Positions 27,772-37,700 of a stretch of DNA of 64,000 nucleotides are shown piece by piece. The first letter of the stretch is position 1. Every line of letters begins with the position of its first letter. Source of the stretch: Cytophagales bacterium (GTDB lineage: Bacteria; Bacteroidota; Bacteroidia; Cytophagales; Cyclobacteriaceae); the NCBI GenBank assembly GCA_038320155.1, contig JBBQDY010000001.1, forward strand, positions 20 through 64,019. The letters are read 5' to 3'. The position numbers were made by a program, and so were the translations under genes. Below the pieces are notes generated by a model. The model was not told the origin of the DNA. It searched no databases and worked only from the letters and a program-made list of their open reading frames with translations.

Positions 27772-28614
27772 ATGATATTAATCGCAGATAGTGGCTCCAG
27801 CAAGACAGATTGGAGGGTAATTCATAAGGATGGAACAGTAAGTCAACACCGAGGGGTAGGATTCAATCCGTATTATCAAACCTCCGAAGAAATGGCAATT
27901 CAGATGAAGGATGATTTCCTGATCAATCTGGAAAGTGAGATTGAAGAAATCTATTATTATGGTGCAGGCTGCTCAAGTCAGGGCCGGAAAGATGAAGTGA
28001 CTTCTGCGCTTAAAACTATTTTTCCCGATGCTAAAATTGAGATTGACCATGACCTGTCCGCTGCCGCAAAAGCTACCTGCGGACATAAATCGGGGATTGC
28101 GTGTATTCTTGGCACTGGCTCCAATAGTTGCGATTACGACGGGCAGAAAATTAGTGATACGAGACCGGCTCCCGGATATATCCTGGGTGATGAAGGGGGT
28201 GGAGGCTATATTGGGAGGAAGTTTCTAAGTGACTTCATCCATGATGAAATGCCTGAATCGATTAAGAAAGAATTTCTAGAAAGATTTGGGTTGACAGCCA
28301 CCATGATTCAAGAGCAGGTGTATCAGAAGCCTTTTCCAAATCGATATATGGCTAGCTTCTGTAGGTTTATTACCGAGTATAAATCAGATCGGTATTGCTA
28401 CATGCTTTACTATGATTCCTTTCAGGATTTCTTTAAAAAACACGTCACTAAATACCATGACTACCGGAATAAGCAAGTCAATTTTGTTGGGTCGATTGCT
28501 TATTATAATAGTGATATTCTGAGAAAAGCTGCTTACGATAATGAAATTAATGTGAACCTTATAATTGAAAGTCCCATTGCAGGACTGACATTATATCATC
28601 AAGAAATGCTATGA
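27772..28614 (+). CDS. BadF/BadG/BcrA/BcrD-type sugar kinase (N-acetylglucosamine / MurNAc kinase MurK-like)
   Basis: 280 aa. N-terminal ILIADSGSSKTDW and ILGTGSNS ATPase motifs. The ATG directly follows the b5 TAG, and the gene overlaps murQ by 4 nt. Confidence 0.75.
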   Translation: MILIADSGSSKTDWRVIHKDGTVSQHRGVGFNPYYQTSEEMAIQMKDDFLINLESEIEEIYYYGAGCSSQGRKDEVTSALKTIFPDAKIEIDHDLSAAAKATCGHKSGIACILGTGSNSCDYDGQKISDTRPAPGYILGDEGGGGYIGRKFLSDFIHDEMPESIKKEFLERFGLTATMIQEQVYQKPFPNRYMASFCRFITEYKSDRYCYMLYYDSFQDFFKKHVTKYHDYRNKQVNFVGSIAYYNSDILRKAAYDNEINVNLIIESPIAGLTLYHQEML

Positions 28615-29420
28615 GAGTAACCGAAAGCACCTCTTTATATGACAATCTCGAACAGATGACGGTCATGGAGTTATTAAAAAATATTAATGCGGAGGATCAG
28701 AAAGTCCCTTTGGCCGTGCAATTAGTTATTCCAGTTATTTCTGATTTGGTGGCCGCGATAGTTCCGCGAATGGAGCGAGGAGGGAGATTAATCTACATTG
28801 GTGCAGGAACCAGTGGCAGACTGGGCATTCTAGATGCTTCAGAATGTCCGCCTACTTACGGAGTTCCTTTTGACTGGGTGATTGGTTTGATAGCGGGCGG
28901 AGATCATGCGATTCGTAAAGCGGTAGAAAATGCAGAGGATAATTCGGAGCAAGCTTGGAAGGATATCCAAGAATATGGTTTCAATGAAGATGACACTATA
29001 ATTGGGATTGCTGCTTCAGGAACTACGCCTTATGTAATTGGTGGTGTGAGAGCTGCAAAGTCAAAAGGTTTGTTGACAGGAAGCATTACTTGCAATCCAA
29101 ATTCTCCGCTCTCGCGTGAAGTTGACTTTGCCATCGAGGCGGTCGTAGGTCCGGAATTCGTAACTGGAAGTACTCGAATGAAAGCTGGAACTGCACAGAA
29201 ACTAGTCTTAAATATGATTTCCACAGCGGTCATGATCAAACTTGGCCGGGTGAAAGGGAATAAAATGGTGGACATGCAATTGTCCAACGCAAAACTGGTT
29301 CAGCGTGGTGTCAATATGATTATGGAAGCTACTGGGCTGGAAGAGGGAAAAGCTAAAGAATTGCTAATGAGCGAAGGTTCGGTTCGAAAAGCCACAGCTT
29401 ATTATTATACAAATCGATAG
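28611..29420 (+). CDS. murQ: N-acetylmuramic acid 6-phosphate etherase
   Basis: 269 aa SIS domain. GAGTSGRLGILDASECPPTYG, GIAASGTTPYV, TGSTRMKAGTAQK. Confidence 0.93.
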   Translation: MRVTESTSLYDNLEQMTVMELLKNINAEDQKVPLAVQLVIPVISDLVAAIVPRMERGGRLIYIGAGTSGRLGILDASECPPTYGVPFDWVIGLIAGGDHAIRKAVENAEDNSEQAWKDIQEYGFNEDDTIIGIAASGTTPYVIGGVRAAKSKGLLTGSITCNPNSPLSREVDFAIEAVVGPEFVTGSTRMKAGTAQKLVLNMISTAVMIKLGRVKGNKMVDMQLSNAKLVQRGVNMIMEATGLEEGKAKELLMSEGSVRKATAYYYTNR

Positions 29421-29466
29421 CTAGGTTTATTTTTGAAGCGACTGATGATTTTCAAGGTATAGCACG

Positions 29467-29474
29467 TATCTTTG
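29467..29474 (+). promoter_or_regulatory. -7 box TATCTTTG for rluB-like gene
   Basis: Perfect TAnnTTTG, 73 nt upstream of the ATG at 29547. Confidence 0.4.
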
Positions 29475-29546
29475 CAGCCCGATTAAGCTTTTGAACGTCA
29501 ATTGCTTATTTAATAAAATCAAATACAGCAGTGATGCTGCATACTT

Positions 29547-30866
29547 ATGAAAAATAATAATCCGAAAAAGCCTTTTTTCAAAACTGAGAAAAAAGAAACT
29601 GGAGACTCGAAAGGATTCAAAGGTGGGTTTAAGAAAAAATCAACCAATTCAGAATTTGACCTTTCTGAGGTAGAAAAAAAAGGATTTGGAAAGAAATCCT
29701 CATTTGCTGGGAAAAAGGACGGTCCTGCCAAAAGTTTTGACCGAAAGGAAAAAGAAAATAGATTCGAGAAGTCTCCGTCCACCGATTCCTCCAAAAAGAA
29801 ATTTTTTAAGAAATCCAGTGATTCTGATACTGATTCAAGAAATCAGAAACCAGGAGGCTTTGGAGCTAAGCGTTTTTCTTCTGGAAATGAAAAGCGATCC
29901 GAAAAACCATTCAAGAAGGATTTCAAATCTGGAAAACCTTCTGAACCAAAAAAGGAGGAAGGCCAAGTCTATAAGGGCAGAGGAAAAGATCAGCGTCCTA
30001 TTTATGAGCCTGGAACACCTGTATATAAAAAGGAAAGTAAAGGACCCAAGGGTTTTGGAAAGAATCGATTTGTCGATCAAGACACGAACTTAGATCGACC
30101 AGATTATAAATTTGATTCCCTGCCATCCAAGAAGAAGAAGCTGGAACAGAGCGAAGAAGGATTGCTTAGACTCAATAAGTTTATCTCGAATTCTGGAATT
30201 TGTGGGCGTCGCGAGGCTGATCAACTCATTGCTCAGGGCTTGATTACCGTGAATGGGGAGATCTGTACTGAGATGGGCAGAAAAGTGAAGCGGACTGATC
30301 GAGTGGTGTATCAAGGGAGAAAAATCAATCCTGAGAAGCCAGTTTACGTTTTGCTAAATAAGCCAAAAGACTTTATTACTACCACAGAAGATCCTATGGA
30401 TCGAAAGACCGTGATGAACTTGGTGGGAAATGCCTGTGAAGAGCGAATTTTCCCAGTTGGTCGACTCGATCGAAATACTACGGGGCTACTCTTGTTTACC
30501 AATGACGGTGAATTGGCAGCTAAGCTTTCCCATCCCTCAAATGAAATCAAGAAAATTTATCAAGTCACACTGGATAAACCCTTGACCAAAAATGATGAAG
30601 AGGCGATTATTGAAGGGTTGACGTTAGAGGATGGTAAAGTTACTGTAGATGATTTGCAGGTGCTGTCCTTGGATCGGAAAATCATGGGACTGGAGATTCA
30701 TGTTGGAAGAAACAGAATCGTAAGAAGAATTTTTGCACATCTGGGTTATGATGTGACTGCGCTAGATCGAGTGATTTATGCAGGCTTGGATAAAAAGGAC
30801 CTCAAACGAGGGCATTATAGATTCCTTTCGGAGCAAGAAGTGATTCGATTGAAGTTCTTTATATAA
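29547..30866 (+). CDS. rluB: RsuA/RluB-family rRNA pseudouridine synthase with a ~200-aa lysine-rich N-terminal extension
   Basis: S4 domain (LRLNKFISNSGICGRREADQLI), catalytic motif PVGRLDRNTTGLLLFTNDGE. The first ~205 aa are K/G/F/S-rich low-complexity sequence. Confidence 0.85.
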   Translation: MKNNNPKKPFFKTEKKETGDSKGFKGGFKKKSTNSEFDLSEVEKKGFGKKSSFAGKKDGPAKSFDRKEKENRFEKSPSTDSSKKKFFKKSSDSDTDSRNQKPGGFGAKRFSSGNEKRSEKPFKKDFKSGKPSEPKKEEGQVYKGRGKDQRPIYEPGTPVYKKESKGPKGFGKNRFVDQDTNLDRPDYKFDSLPSKKKKLEQSEEGLLRLNKFISNSGICGRREADQLIAQGLITVNGEICTEMGRKVKRTDRVVYQGRKINPEKPVYVLLNKPKDFITTTEDPMDRKTVMNLVGNACEERIFPVGRLDRNTTGLLLFTNDGELAAKLSHPSNEIKKIYQVTLDKPLTKNDEEAIIEGLTLEDGKVTVDDLQVLSLDRKIMGLEIHVGRNRIVRRIFAHLGYDVTALDRVIYAGLDKKDLKRGHYRFLSEQEVIRLKFFI

Positions 30867-30870
30867 CAAG

Positions 30871-30899
30871 AAAAAGCTCCCAATTTGGGAGCTTTTTTT
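30871..30899. terminator. Bidirectional intrinsic terminator between rluB and thioredoxin
   Basis: agctcccaa (30875-83) pairs with ttgggagct (30885-93), flanked by A5 and T7. Confidence 0.8.
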
Positions 30900-31203
30900 A
30901 TGTGAAGCCTTTCAGCGCCTTCTCTAAATCCCGCTTAGTCATGATTCCTCCTTTTCGCCAGAGGATTTTTCCCTTTTTGAAAAGGATATAGTGTGGGATT
31001 GACCGGACGCCGAATTGTTGCGACAGCTGGGGTTGCTTGTCTATGTTTACCTTAAGCAGTTTGATTTTCCCATCCATTTCTAAAAGTACTTCTTCGATGA
31101 TAGGAGTCATGGCTTGGCATGGACTACACCAATCGGCATAGAAATCTACAAGAATTGGATCGAGGCTTTTTGAAATTTTGTCTTTGGGATTCTTTTTAGG
31201 CAT
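30898..31203 (-). CDS. Thioredoxin
   Basis: 101 aa. Active site WCSPCQ within a thioredoxin-fold context (VDFYADWCSPCQAM). Confidence 0.85.
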   Translation of the reverse strand: MPKKNPKDKISKSLDPILVDFYADWCSPCQAMTPIIEEVLLEMDGKIKLLKVNIDKQPQLSQQFGVRSIPHYILFKKGKILWRKGGIMTKRDLEKALKGFT

Positions 31204-31271
31204 ATCCTAGACTAAAAAAAGGGCTTCTGAAATCAATCAGAAGACCCTAAATACTTGTTATTTTTTGATTC

Positions 31272-31817
31272 TTAATTTCCTGCTGGAGGAGTAGGAAGTT
31301 TAAGGTTAAGCTTTGCAAGGACTAACTCAGTGAACTTGTCCTGCTCTTTGGTATAAAGAAGAATCGGAGACTGTCCAGCAGTTTCTGCAAAGATATGCGT
31401 GTAGTTGTTTTCAGCTGCTACTGCATTGATTGCATTGACCACTTTGGTTTGAACTGGCTCAAGAAGCTCTCCTAGCTTTCGCTGATAGGATACTTGTGCA
31501 TCTTGCTCATACTTTTGAAGATCGCCCTGAATTTTGGTCAATTCAGCTTCTTTAGCGGTTCTGGCCTCTTCGGTCATGGACTGAGACGCTTGCTGGTAAG
31601 TCTGAACCTGACGCTGAAAATCAGCAGCTTTGGTCTGAATGTTTGTTTGCAATTGGGTCTGATAATCTTGAACATCAGCTCCGATTTGCTCCATTTCTGG
31701 CATCAAATCCATAATGAATTCAACATTGGTATAACCGATTTTAATCTCTTGCGCCTGAGCGACAAATCCTGCGCAAAGCAATACTACTGCGGATAGGATA
31801 ACTTTTACTTTCATCAT
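31272..31817 (-). CDS. OmpH/Skp-family periplasmic chaperone
   Basis: 181 aa. Signal peptide followed by Q/E-rich coiled coil. Sits downstream of bamA. Confidence 0.8.
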   Translation of the reverse strand: MMKVKVILSAVVLLCAGFVAQAQEIKIGYTNVEFIMDLMPEMEQIGADVQDYQTQLQTNIQTKAADFQRQVQTYQQASQSMTEEARTAKEAELTKIQGDLQKYEQDAQVSYQRKLGELLEPVQTKVVNAINAVAAENNYTHIFAETAGQSPILLYTKEQDKFTELVLAKLNLKLPTPPAGN

Positions 31818-31829
31818 TTTTTTGTTCTT

Positions 31830-32360
31830 TTATTTGTTGTCTTCTATTCCTAATTCTTCCAAAACAAATTCAGAGTAATCATGTCTCGGGTCAGTCCAGA
31901 TAATGGCCGAAGGTTCTGCAGCCTTATCAAATAACATCCCCAAGTTATTTCTTCTGGTCACTCGCTCGATCGCATCATAGATTTTCGATTGAAGTGGCTG
32001 AAGCAATTCTGCTTGCTTTTGGAAATATTGTCCATTGATCCCGAAAATCCGACTATTGAATTCCTGGGATTCCTTTTGTTTCAATTTGATTAGTTCCAGC
32101 CTTTGCTGGTACATTTCTTCTGTCAATAATACTTCTTCAGCTTTTAGGAGCGTCGAAAGATCTTTAATCTCTTTATCCAAACCTTGTGCCTGTTTTTTCC
32201 ATTCGGCACTGATATTTTCAAGTTCTTGCTGGATTACTTTATAATCCGGGTGCTTGTTTAGAATATATTCAGAATCTATATAACCTATCTTTTGTGCGGC
32301 TAATCGGCTTCCTGACAGCATTATGAGCAGCAAAAATACTATTTTCAGCGATTTATCCAT
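31830..32360 (-). CDS. OmpH/Skp-family periplasmic chaperone (second copy)
   Basis: 176 aa. Same architecture as the first copy, with GYIDSEYILNKHPDY. Confidence 0.8.
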   Translation of the reverse strand: MDKSLKIVFLLLIMLSGSRLAAQKIGYIDSEYILNKHPDYKVIQQELENISAEWKKQAQGLDKEIKDLSTLLKAEEVLLTEEMYQQRLELIKLKQKESQEFNSRIFGINGQYFQKQAELLQPLQSKIYDAIERVTRRNNLGMLFDKAAEPSAIIWTDPRHDYSEFVLEELGIEDNK

Positions 32361-32441
32361 GCTTATGTTTTGGTTTCTAATTGGGATTTAACTCCTAACG
32401 ATCGAACATTCAAATTTTGCATAAATTAACCAAAACCCGAC

Positions 32442-35141
32442 TTATCTGAACTGTTGTCCAATAGTAAAGTGGAACTGAGGACCACTTCTTTTAGTCTGTC
32501 CTGGAATCGGATCAAATCCATATCCCCAATCAATTCCCAATAGTCCAAATGCTGGCATAAATATTCTTGCTCCCATTCCCGCAGATTTTTTCAAATCGTA
32601 TGGGTTAAAGTCTTTGTAAGATCCCCAGTTGTTTCCGGCCTCCGCAAAACCAAGGACGAAGATCGTAGCTGATGGATTTGGAGAGACTAAGAAACGAACT
32701 TCCATCACGTATTTATTATAGACTACTCCTCCATAAGGATCCGGATCGGCTGTGCCTCTACTATCTCTACCTGGAGTGATGGATTGATTCTCATACCCTC
32801 TCAAACCGATTATTTCTTGCCCTAAAGCGAAGTTATTGAAGGTCATTCCATCTCCACCCATTACAAATCGCTCCAAAGGAATGACGCCTACTTTATTTCC
32901 ATAAGAACCTAGGAAGCCCATGTGTGCTCTAGCACTGGCGACTAATTTCGTGGATCCAAATAATGGCGTGTAAATGGAAGCGTCAAACATCCACTTATGA
33001 TATTCGAGCCACTTGTATTTCTCCTCATCTGGAGATTCCCGATCGATACTATTATTCAGAGAGGAATAAGGTGGGGTCGCCGATATAGCCAGCATAATAT
33101 TAGAACCGAATCTTGGATAGATAGGGTTATCGATATTATTTCGGGCTATAGTGGTATTTAAAGTAATACTATTTGAAGTACCAGTAGGGTAGCTCAAACC
33201 GAATGAGGTACCGAATTGGTCAAACTCATAGATTTGGAACCGAAGGGAATTACTGATGCTAAAGTAATCATCCGGCCATGTTACCCGCTTCGCAAGTCCA
33301 AGTGTAACACCTGTGATCTTGAAAAAACCTAGTTCATTTCCAAAATTAGCTTGGTTAAAGAAGTCAACTTGACGTTGCACAGAGTGATTGAAGGAAAAGC
33401 TCAAAGCATTAGGCTTTTTCCCTCCAAACCAAGGCTCAGTTAAAGAGATGGAATAATTCTGGAAGGAACGTCCATTCGCTTGCACCCGAAGTGAAAGTTT
33501 TTGTCCGTCACCAACAGGAAGTGGATCCCACTTATCGAAATCTCCAATATTTTTTAAGGAGAAGTTATTGAATGAAAGACCTACAGTTCCTACGAATCCA
33601 TAAAATCCACCCCATCCCCCGGATAGCTCAATTTGATCATTTGGTCGCTCTTCTAATTCGAAAGTGATGTCAACTGTAGCAGCTTCGAAGTTCGGTCTGA
33701 GATCTGGATTAATTTTCTCAGGGTCAAAGTAACCAAGAGTCGAAAGCTCACGAATAGTACGTACCAGCAATGCTCGGTTAAACTTCTGACCTGGAAGAAT
33801 TCTGATTTCCCGCATGACTACGTGATCAGAAGTTCGTTCGTTTCCTTTGATATTTACACTATTCACGGTGACCTGGGGGCCTTCAAAGATCCGCATCTCC
33901 AAGTCAATTGAGTCTCCTGCTACATTGACTTCAACAGGATCAATGCTAAAGAATAGGTACCCGTTATCCTGATATAGGGAGCTAACGTCATCTCCTTTTG
34001 CAGGATCGTAATTGAGACGTTTATCCAGCTTTTCTTTATCATACACATCGCCTTTTTGGATTCCTAGTTTAGCTAGCAATACTACATCCGGGTGTATGAA
34101 ATTTCCATTGAAGGAGATATTCCGGTAATAGTACTTTTTTCCTTCTTCAAGAGCTATATCGATATTGATTTTATCTTCACCGAAGTCATATACCGAGTCA
34201 GCTACGATTTTAGCATCACGGAAACCTTTGCTTTGATAGAAGTTAATCACACTCTCTTTGTCGTTTCTGTACTCTTTCGGGATGTATTTCGATCCACTGA
34301 AAAAATTAAGCTTGAAATTTTTATTGAGGTAATTTTTAGCATCCTCTGATGAAGCACTGTCAGTATAAAACAGGGTGTTTTTTATATCCTTGGGGGTAGC
34401 TGTTTCGAGACGAGTATAGGCATCTTTGAAAATACTAACCCGTGCATGTTCTTTGGTTTTCTTTAGTTTGCCTTTGAGCTTAGCGTCAGTTATTTCCTCA
34501 TTTCCGTAGAAATCAATTTCGTTGATTCGCACTTTGGAATTTTGAATCACATCAAAGCGAAGCTTTACTGAATTAGGAAGTGTAGTATCTCGCTCTTGAA
34601 TGATTTTTACCTCAGCATTAAGGTAGCCTTTATCCAAATAGTATTTTTCAATATTTCGCTTGGCATTATTCAATACATCATCGCGTACTACTCGGCCTCT
34701 GATATTAACTTTATCTTTCAATTCACCCTCTTGAGTTTTACTCATCCCTGAAAACTCAACTCGAGAGAATCGAGGACGCTCAGTGAGGTCTAAAAGCAAA
34801 TAAATGTCGTCACCTTCAATCTTGGTAACCAAGATTTTTACGTCACCAATGATTCCTTGTCCCCAAAGCTTTTTTAGTGCACTGGAGATTGCATCTCCAG
34901 GAACTTCAATTTGATCATCGACTTTCAATCCTGAAAGCGATATAATTGCAATTTCATCAAGCGTGGACAAGCCTACCGCTTTGATCTCAGCGATCCGGTA
35001 AGTTTGGGGCTTAGCATAATTAAGCTCCAAAATATCTATAGGCTTACTCGAAGCATAGCGGCTTTGGCCCAAACGAATTTGTGCCATTGAGCTGCCCGCC
35101 CAACCAAGACATAATAAAATAAGTATAATTCTTTTCATCAA
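32442..35141 (-). CDS. bamA: Outer membrane protein assembly factor BamA
   Basis: 899 aa. Signal peptide, POTRA repeats, and an Omp85 barrel ending FHFTIGQQFR. Confidence 0.93.
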   Translation of the reverse strand: MMKRIILILLCLGWAGSSMAQIRLGQSRYASSKPIDILELNYAKPQTYRIAEIKAVGLSTLDEIAIISLSGLKVDDQIEVPGDAISSALKKLWGQGIIGDVKILVTKIEGDDIYLLLDLTERPRFSRVEFSGMSKTQEGELKDKVNIRGRVVRDDVLNNAKRNIEKYYLDKGYLNAEVKIIQERDTTLPNSVKLRFDVIQNSKVRINEIDFYGNEEITDAKLKGKLKKTKEHARVSIFKDAYTRLETATPKDIKNTLFYTDSASSEDAKNYLNKNFKLNFFSGSKYIPKEYRNDKESVINFYQSKGFRDAKIVADSVYDFGEDKINIDIALEEGKKYYYRNISFNGNFIHPDVVLLAKLGIQKGDVYDKEKLDKRLNYDPAKGDDVSSLYQDNGYLFFSIDPVEVNVAGDSIDLEMRIFEGPQVTVNSVNIKGNERTSDHVVMREIRILPGQKFNRALLVRTIRELSTLGYFDPEKINPDLRPNFEAATVDITFELEERPNDQIELSGGWGGFYGFVGTVGLSFNNFSLKNIGDFDKWDPLPVGDGQKLSLRVQANGRSFQNYSISLTEPWFGGKKPNALSFSFNHSVQRQVDFFNQANFGNELGFFKITGVTLGLAKRVTWPDDYFSISNSLRFQIYEFDQFGTSFGLSYPTGTSNSITLNTTIARNNIDNPIYPRFGSNIMLAISATPPYSSLNNSIDRESPDEEKYKWLEYHKWMFDASIYTPLFGSTKLVASARAHMGFLGSYGNKVGVIPLERFVMGGDGMTFNNFALGQEIIGLRGYENQSITPGRDSRGTADPDPYGGVVYNKYVMEVRFLVSPNPSATIFVLGFAEAGNNWGSYKDFNPYDLKKSAGMGARIFMPAFGLLGIDWGYGFDPIPGQTKRSGPQFHFTIGQQFR

Positions 35142-35144
35142 AAC

Positions 35145-35882
35145 TTAAGATTTAACTTGCTCACCTGTCATTCCGAATCTCCGCTCCCTGGATTGGTAGT
35201 CAGTGATGGCTTCATGGAGGTGCTCTTTTCTAAAATCTGGCCACAATACAGGAGTAAAATACATCTCTGTATAGGCCAGCTGCCAAAGGAGAAAATTACT
35301 CAATCTAAATTCGCCACTGGTTCTGATCATGAGTTCAGGATCAGGAATTCCGGCAGTATCTAGATGATCAGCTACCACTTGCTGTGTGATATCTGATGGA
35401 TTTAACTTTCCTTCCGAGACTTTTTGAGCAATGCGTTTGGTCGCTTGTGTGAGTTCCCATTGTCCACTGTAACTAAGTGCCAAAACGACTCTCAGCCCTT
35501 TGTTTGTAGAGGTTGTTTCTTGGGCTTCCACCAATTTGGAATAGGCCGAAGTAGGAAGACTATTGATATCACCAATGGATTGAAGACGGATATTGTTTTT
35601 CATCATCATTGGAACCTCATCGGTGATGGTTTTCACCAAAAGCTCCATTAGACCATTAATTTCATCTTTTGGTCGAGACCAATTCTCGGTGGAGAATGAA
35701 AATAACGTGAGGTACTCAACTCCCAGATCTTCAGCACCTTCTATGGCATCTTTCACCGCCTGAATTGCATGTCGGTGTCCAAAAATCCGCATAGCACCTT
35801 TTTTCTTAGCCCATCGGCCATTGCCATCCATGATAATTGCAATATGTCGGGGGATTCTGTTTCGGTCTAGTATATCCTTCAT
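35145..35882 (-). CDS. uppS: Isoprenyl transferase (undecaprenyl diphosphate synthase)
   Basis: 245 aa. HIAIIMDGNGRWA, FSTENW, and the RTSGE..LSNFLLWQ motif. Confidence 0.95.
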   Translation of the reverse strand: MKDILDRNRIPRHIAIIMDGNGRWAKKKGAMRIFGHRHAIQAVKDAIEGAEDLGVEYLTLFSFSTENWSRPKDEINGLMELLVKTITDEVPMMMKNNIRLQSIGDINSLPTSAYSKLVEAQETTSTNKGLRVVLALSYSGQWELTQATKRIAQKVSEGKLNPSDITQQVVADHLDTAGIPDPELMIRTSGEFRLSNFLLWQLAYTEMYFTPVLWPDFRKEHLHEAITDYQSRERRFGMTGEQVKS

Positions 35883-35965
35883 TCCTTCGTTTCCGAATGC
35901 CTACTTTTTTTGGAGGTACAAAAATGCCAATTCTTTTTCAATTATCTACCCTAGGGATGATAATA

Positions 35966-36757
35966 TTAATAAGCGTAGCACTTGTTTGAGGCAAAGGTGT
36001 AACTAATTGTCACGCCTAAGAAGTAGTACCAATCCTTGTCATTAGGATTGCCAAAATTGATACCGTAGGGCTCCTCTGGTTTGGCAGGATCAATAAATCG
36101 GGGTATTGCGGGGCCTTTAGAATCAATTTTGTCTATATAATCAGATAAAGTTGGTCTAAAACCAAGTTCAGTTGCCAAGGTCCAACGATCATTTAAACGA
36201 TATTTTACTCCTCCACCAAAAGGTATTACTACTGTACCTAAATTATACCGAGTGGAAAAATTAAATGCGTAGGTATTCCCCTTCATTATGAATACACTAT
36301 ATCCAATTCCAAAGAAAGCATATGGGGAGAATCTGAATTGAGAACCATTTCTCAAAAAATCGAGAAAATTAAATTCCATAACTGCAGATCCTTCGATCAC
36401 ACCACCTCTGAATCTGGCGTTCCGAAATTGGGCCAAATCATCAATTGGTTTAATGCTATCAGCTGCCTGAATAACGGCTGTACTTAAGCCAACTCGAAGC
36501 GTCCAAACATTGTCAAAATTTCTCTTGCCAAACAACGTGACTTGGGGTCCTAACTGGCCCAGGTCAATTTTCCGAATGATATCACCGGAATAAGCGGCTA
36601 CGCCTATTCCTCCTCCTAATTCATACTTTTGAGCAAATAATCCTTGGATCACCCCTATAGATAGAAAGCTGAAAAGCAGTAAGTATTTGGAAATCTGAAA
36701 ATTGAGCTTTTTCAAGACGATGCAAGTTATGAAGTACCAAACGTTTAAAAAACGCAT
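35966..36757 (-). CDS. Outer-membrane beta-barrel protein (DUF6089-like, by conserved position between nadK and uppS)
   Basis: 263 aa. Signal-like N-terminus ending LFAQ and alternating G/aromatic strands. The family name is recalled from Bacteroidota synteny and was not verified. Confidence 0.5.
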   Translation of the reverse strand: MRFLNVWYFITCIVLKKLNFQISKYLLLFSFLSIGVIQGLFAQKYELGGGIGVAAYSGDIIRKIDLGQLGPQVTLFGKRNFDNVWTLRVGLSTAVIQAADSIKPIDDLAQFRNARFRGGVIEGSAVMEFNFLDFLRNGSQFRFSPYAFFGIGYSVFIMKGNTYAFNFSTRYNLGTVVIPFGGGVKYRLNDRWTLATELGFRPTLSDYIDKIDSKGPAIPRFIDPAKPEEPYGINFGNPNDKDWYYFLGVTISYTFASNKCYAY

Positions 36758-36821
36758 CTTGGTATTTAGCGGGTTAATAATTGTTAAGCTAAAATTGAGA
36801 TTATTTTGTGGGAATTGAAAT

Positions 36822-37697
36822 TCAATTCCTCATATCGAAGCCCCAATTTAGTTTCTCCCTTAACGTATCAAAGAAGTGGTAATTGGGAAGTTTGATCAGT
36901 TTTGCTTCAAAATTCTCCTTTTTCACCAGCAATTTCACCTCTGAAGAAATCGAAGTCGATCGAGAATCCAGCGAAATTAGAAATTTTTCAGAGCGGCCTT
37001 CTATGGTGAAACTTATTTCACTTTCGTCGGAAACTATGATTGGTCTGACATTTAAGTTGTGGGGACTTACGGGAGTAATTACCAAGTTTTTTGCCTCTGG
37101 TGAGATCAAAGGCCCCCCACAACTCAAGGAATATCCAGTAGAGCCGGTCGGAGTGGCTATAATAAGTCCATCTGCCCAATAGCTGTTGAGGTATTTTCCA
37201 TCAATATAGGTATGAACAGTGATCATCGAAGAAGTATCTCTTTTATGAATTGTAAACTCATTCAATGCGAAATTATGCCTACCAAATAGGGATTTGCCGG
37301 ATTCTAAACTGATCAAAGTTCGAGACTCCAATTGAAAATTTCCCTCAGCAAGAAAATGAATGGCTTCCTCAATAGCATCAGTAGCTACAGTAGCTAAAAA
37401 ACCCAATCTACCGGTATTCAATCCTAGAATTGGAATTTCCAGGCTACCCACCTGGCAGACGGTATCCAGTAAAGTGCCGTCACCACCAATGGATATCGTG
37501 AAATCCATTTTGGCCATTTCTGCTTTATTTTCCAAAATCCTATAGTTAGATTTTAGATCTGGAAAAGCTAAAAGCTGTTTCTCAAATTGTTTGGTAACAA
37601 AAATTTCAAATTTGAATTTTGCAAGGAGGGCGAAGAGTGTTTTTACTTTCAAAAAGTACTCGGATTTCAAAGCCAAGCCATGTAGGGCGACTTTCAT
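36822..37697 (-). CDS. nadK: NAD kinase
   Basis: 291 aa. GGDGTLL motif (ISIGGDGTLLDT) and TPTGSTGYSLSCGGP. Confidence 0.92.
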   Translation of the reverse strand: MKVALHGLALKSEYFLKVKTLFALLAKFKFEIFVTKQFEKQLLAFPDLKSNYRILENKAEMAKMDFTISIGGDGTLLDTVCQVGSLEIPILGLNTGRLGFLATVATDAIEEAIHFLAEGNFQLESRTLISLESGKSLFGRHNFALNEFTIHKRDTSSMITVHTYIDGKYLNSYWADGLIIATPTGSTGYSLSCGGPLISPEAKNLVITPVSPHNLNVRPIIVSDESEISFTIEGRSEKFLISLDSRSTSISSEVKLLVKKENFEAKLIKLPNYHFFDTLREKLNWGFDMRN

Positions 37698-37700
37698 ACC

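Noticed and set aside
29686-30093. 135-aa alternative-frame ORF and the 29835-30080 antisense ORF inside the rluB 5' region
   Set aside because: They arise from the A/G-rich low-complexity lysine-codon tract. The main frame continues into recognisable S4 and pseudouridine synthase domains.
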